From Octopus sinensis (Eukaryota): a stretch of DNA of 64,000 bases. The stretch is taken from assembly GCF_006345805.1 (NCBI RefSeq), contig NC_043002.1:95480001-95544000 (forward strand), written 5' to 3'. This document shows, piece by piece, positions 63,534 to 64,000 of the stretch. A program made the translations under genes and the position numbers. The notes under the pieces were generated by a model that had not been told where the DNA came from, ran no database searches, and worked only from the letters and a program-made list of their open reading frames with translations. How positions within the stretch are numbered: the first letter of the stretch is position 1; each line of letters starts with the position of its first letter.

Positions 63534-64000
63534 AGTAAAATCATGTAGCAACACCAAATGGCGGTGCTCCAACATGGCCACAGCTAGTGAGCTGAAACTA
63601 GATAAATAAATAAATAAATAAATAAATATACATACATTGTTTTTTCATTACTGTTTTCAATTTCGTTTTCGTCTCTTGTATTCACATCCGTCTTGTGCGT
63701 TCACATTCCTGTCTTCTACCAAGAAATCTAATGCTTACAGCTTAGTTTTTTTTCTTGGGGCTGGCCGAGTTGGAGCAAATATCAGAATTGAACAGCCGAA
63801 ATTTGCTATGATGATTCGGTGTCTGACTGAAGATTGAAGGCTTCGAATGATTTGTCTGTGTTCCGTGTTCGTCCCTTCCTGTATTTCACGTTCATTATAT
63901 ATAAAAACATTCATTCTCATTTATATATACACATATAAATATATATATCATATATATACGCACACACATATTCATACATACATACATACATATATACATA

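Larger units (their letters stand above)
59228..63626 (+). mobile_element. Near full-length, inactivated CR1/L2-group LINE (APE+RT)
   Basis: CT-rich, internally repeated 5' UTR after a (TA)n tract; ORF1; overlapping ORF2; short 3' UTR; (TAAA)n tail at 63603-63626. The 5' end is approximate. Confidence 0.92.

Noticed and set aside
63795-63870. GCCGAAA and CTGAAGA half-motifs (also minus-strand CTGAAGA near 58845 and CTAATGA/GAAA near 54620)
   Set aside because: No consistent stems I-III could be formed, so no hammerhead is called.

Overview
AT-rich eukaryotic DNA dense in microsatellites. It is almost certainly octopus (inferred from repeat families I recognise, not from a search). No host protein-coding gene can be called with confidence; the only candidates are two weak minus-strand exons at 43.65-44.07 kb. 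The window is a stack of mobile elements: (i) a near full-length but inactivated CR1/L2-group LINE (59.2-63.6 kb), whose ORF1 joins a Myb/SANT-like N-terminus to a CCCH zinc finger; (ii) about six independent Penelope-like element (PLE) copies or relics, one with 638-bp inverted terminal arms; (iii) three different PLE-type type-I hammerhead ribozyme motifs, plus a decayed one mirrored in a near-perfect 316-bp palindrome; (iv) a Gypsy gag-protease relic, a Tigger/pogo transposase relic and RTE LINE 3' fragments; (v) two copies of a non-autonomous Helitron and at least six MITE families; (vi) dozens of tRNA-derived SINEs, the commonest of which shares a covarying 3' stem-loop with the LINE. Most ORFs in the supplied track are microsatellite or antisense artefacts. 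All alignments were done by eye, and SINE and relic boundaries are approximate.
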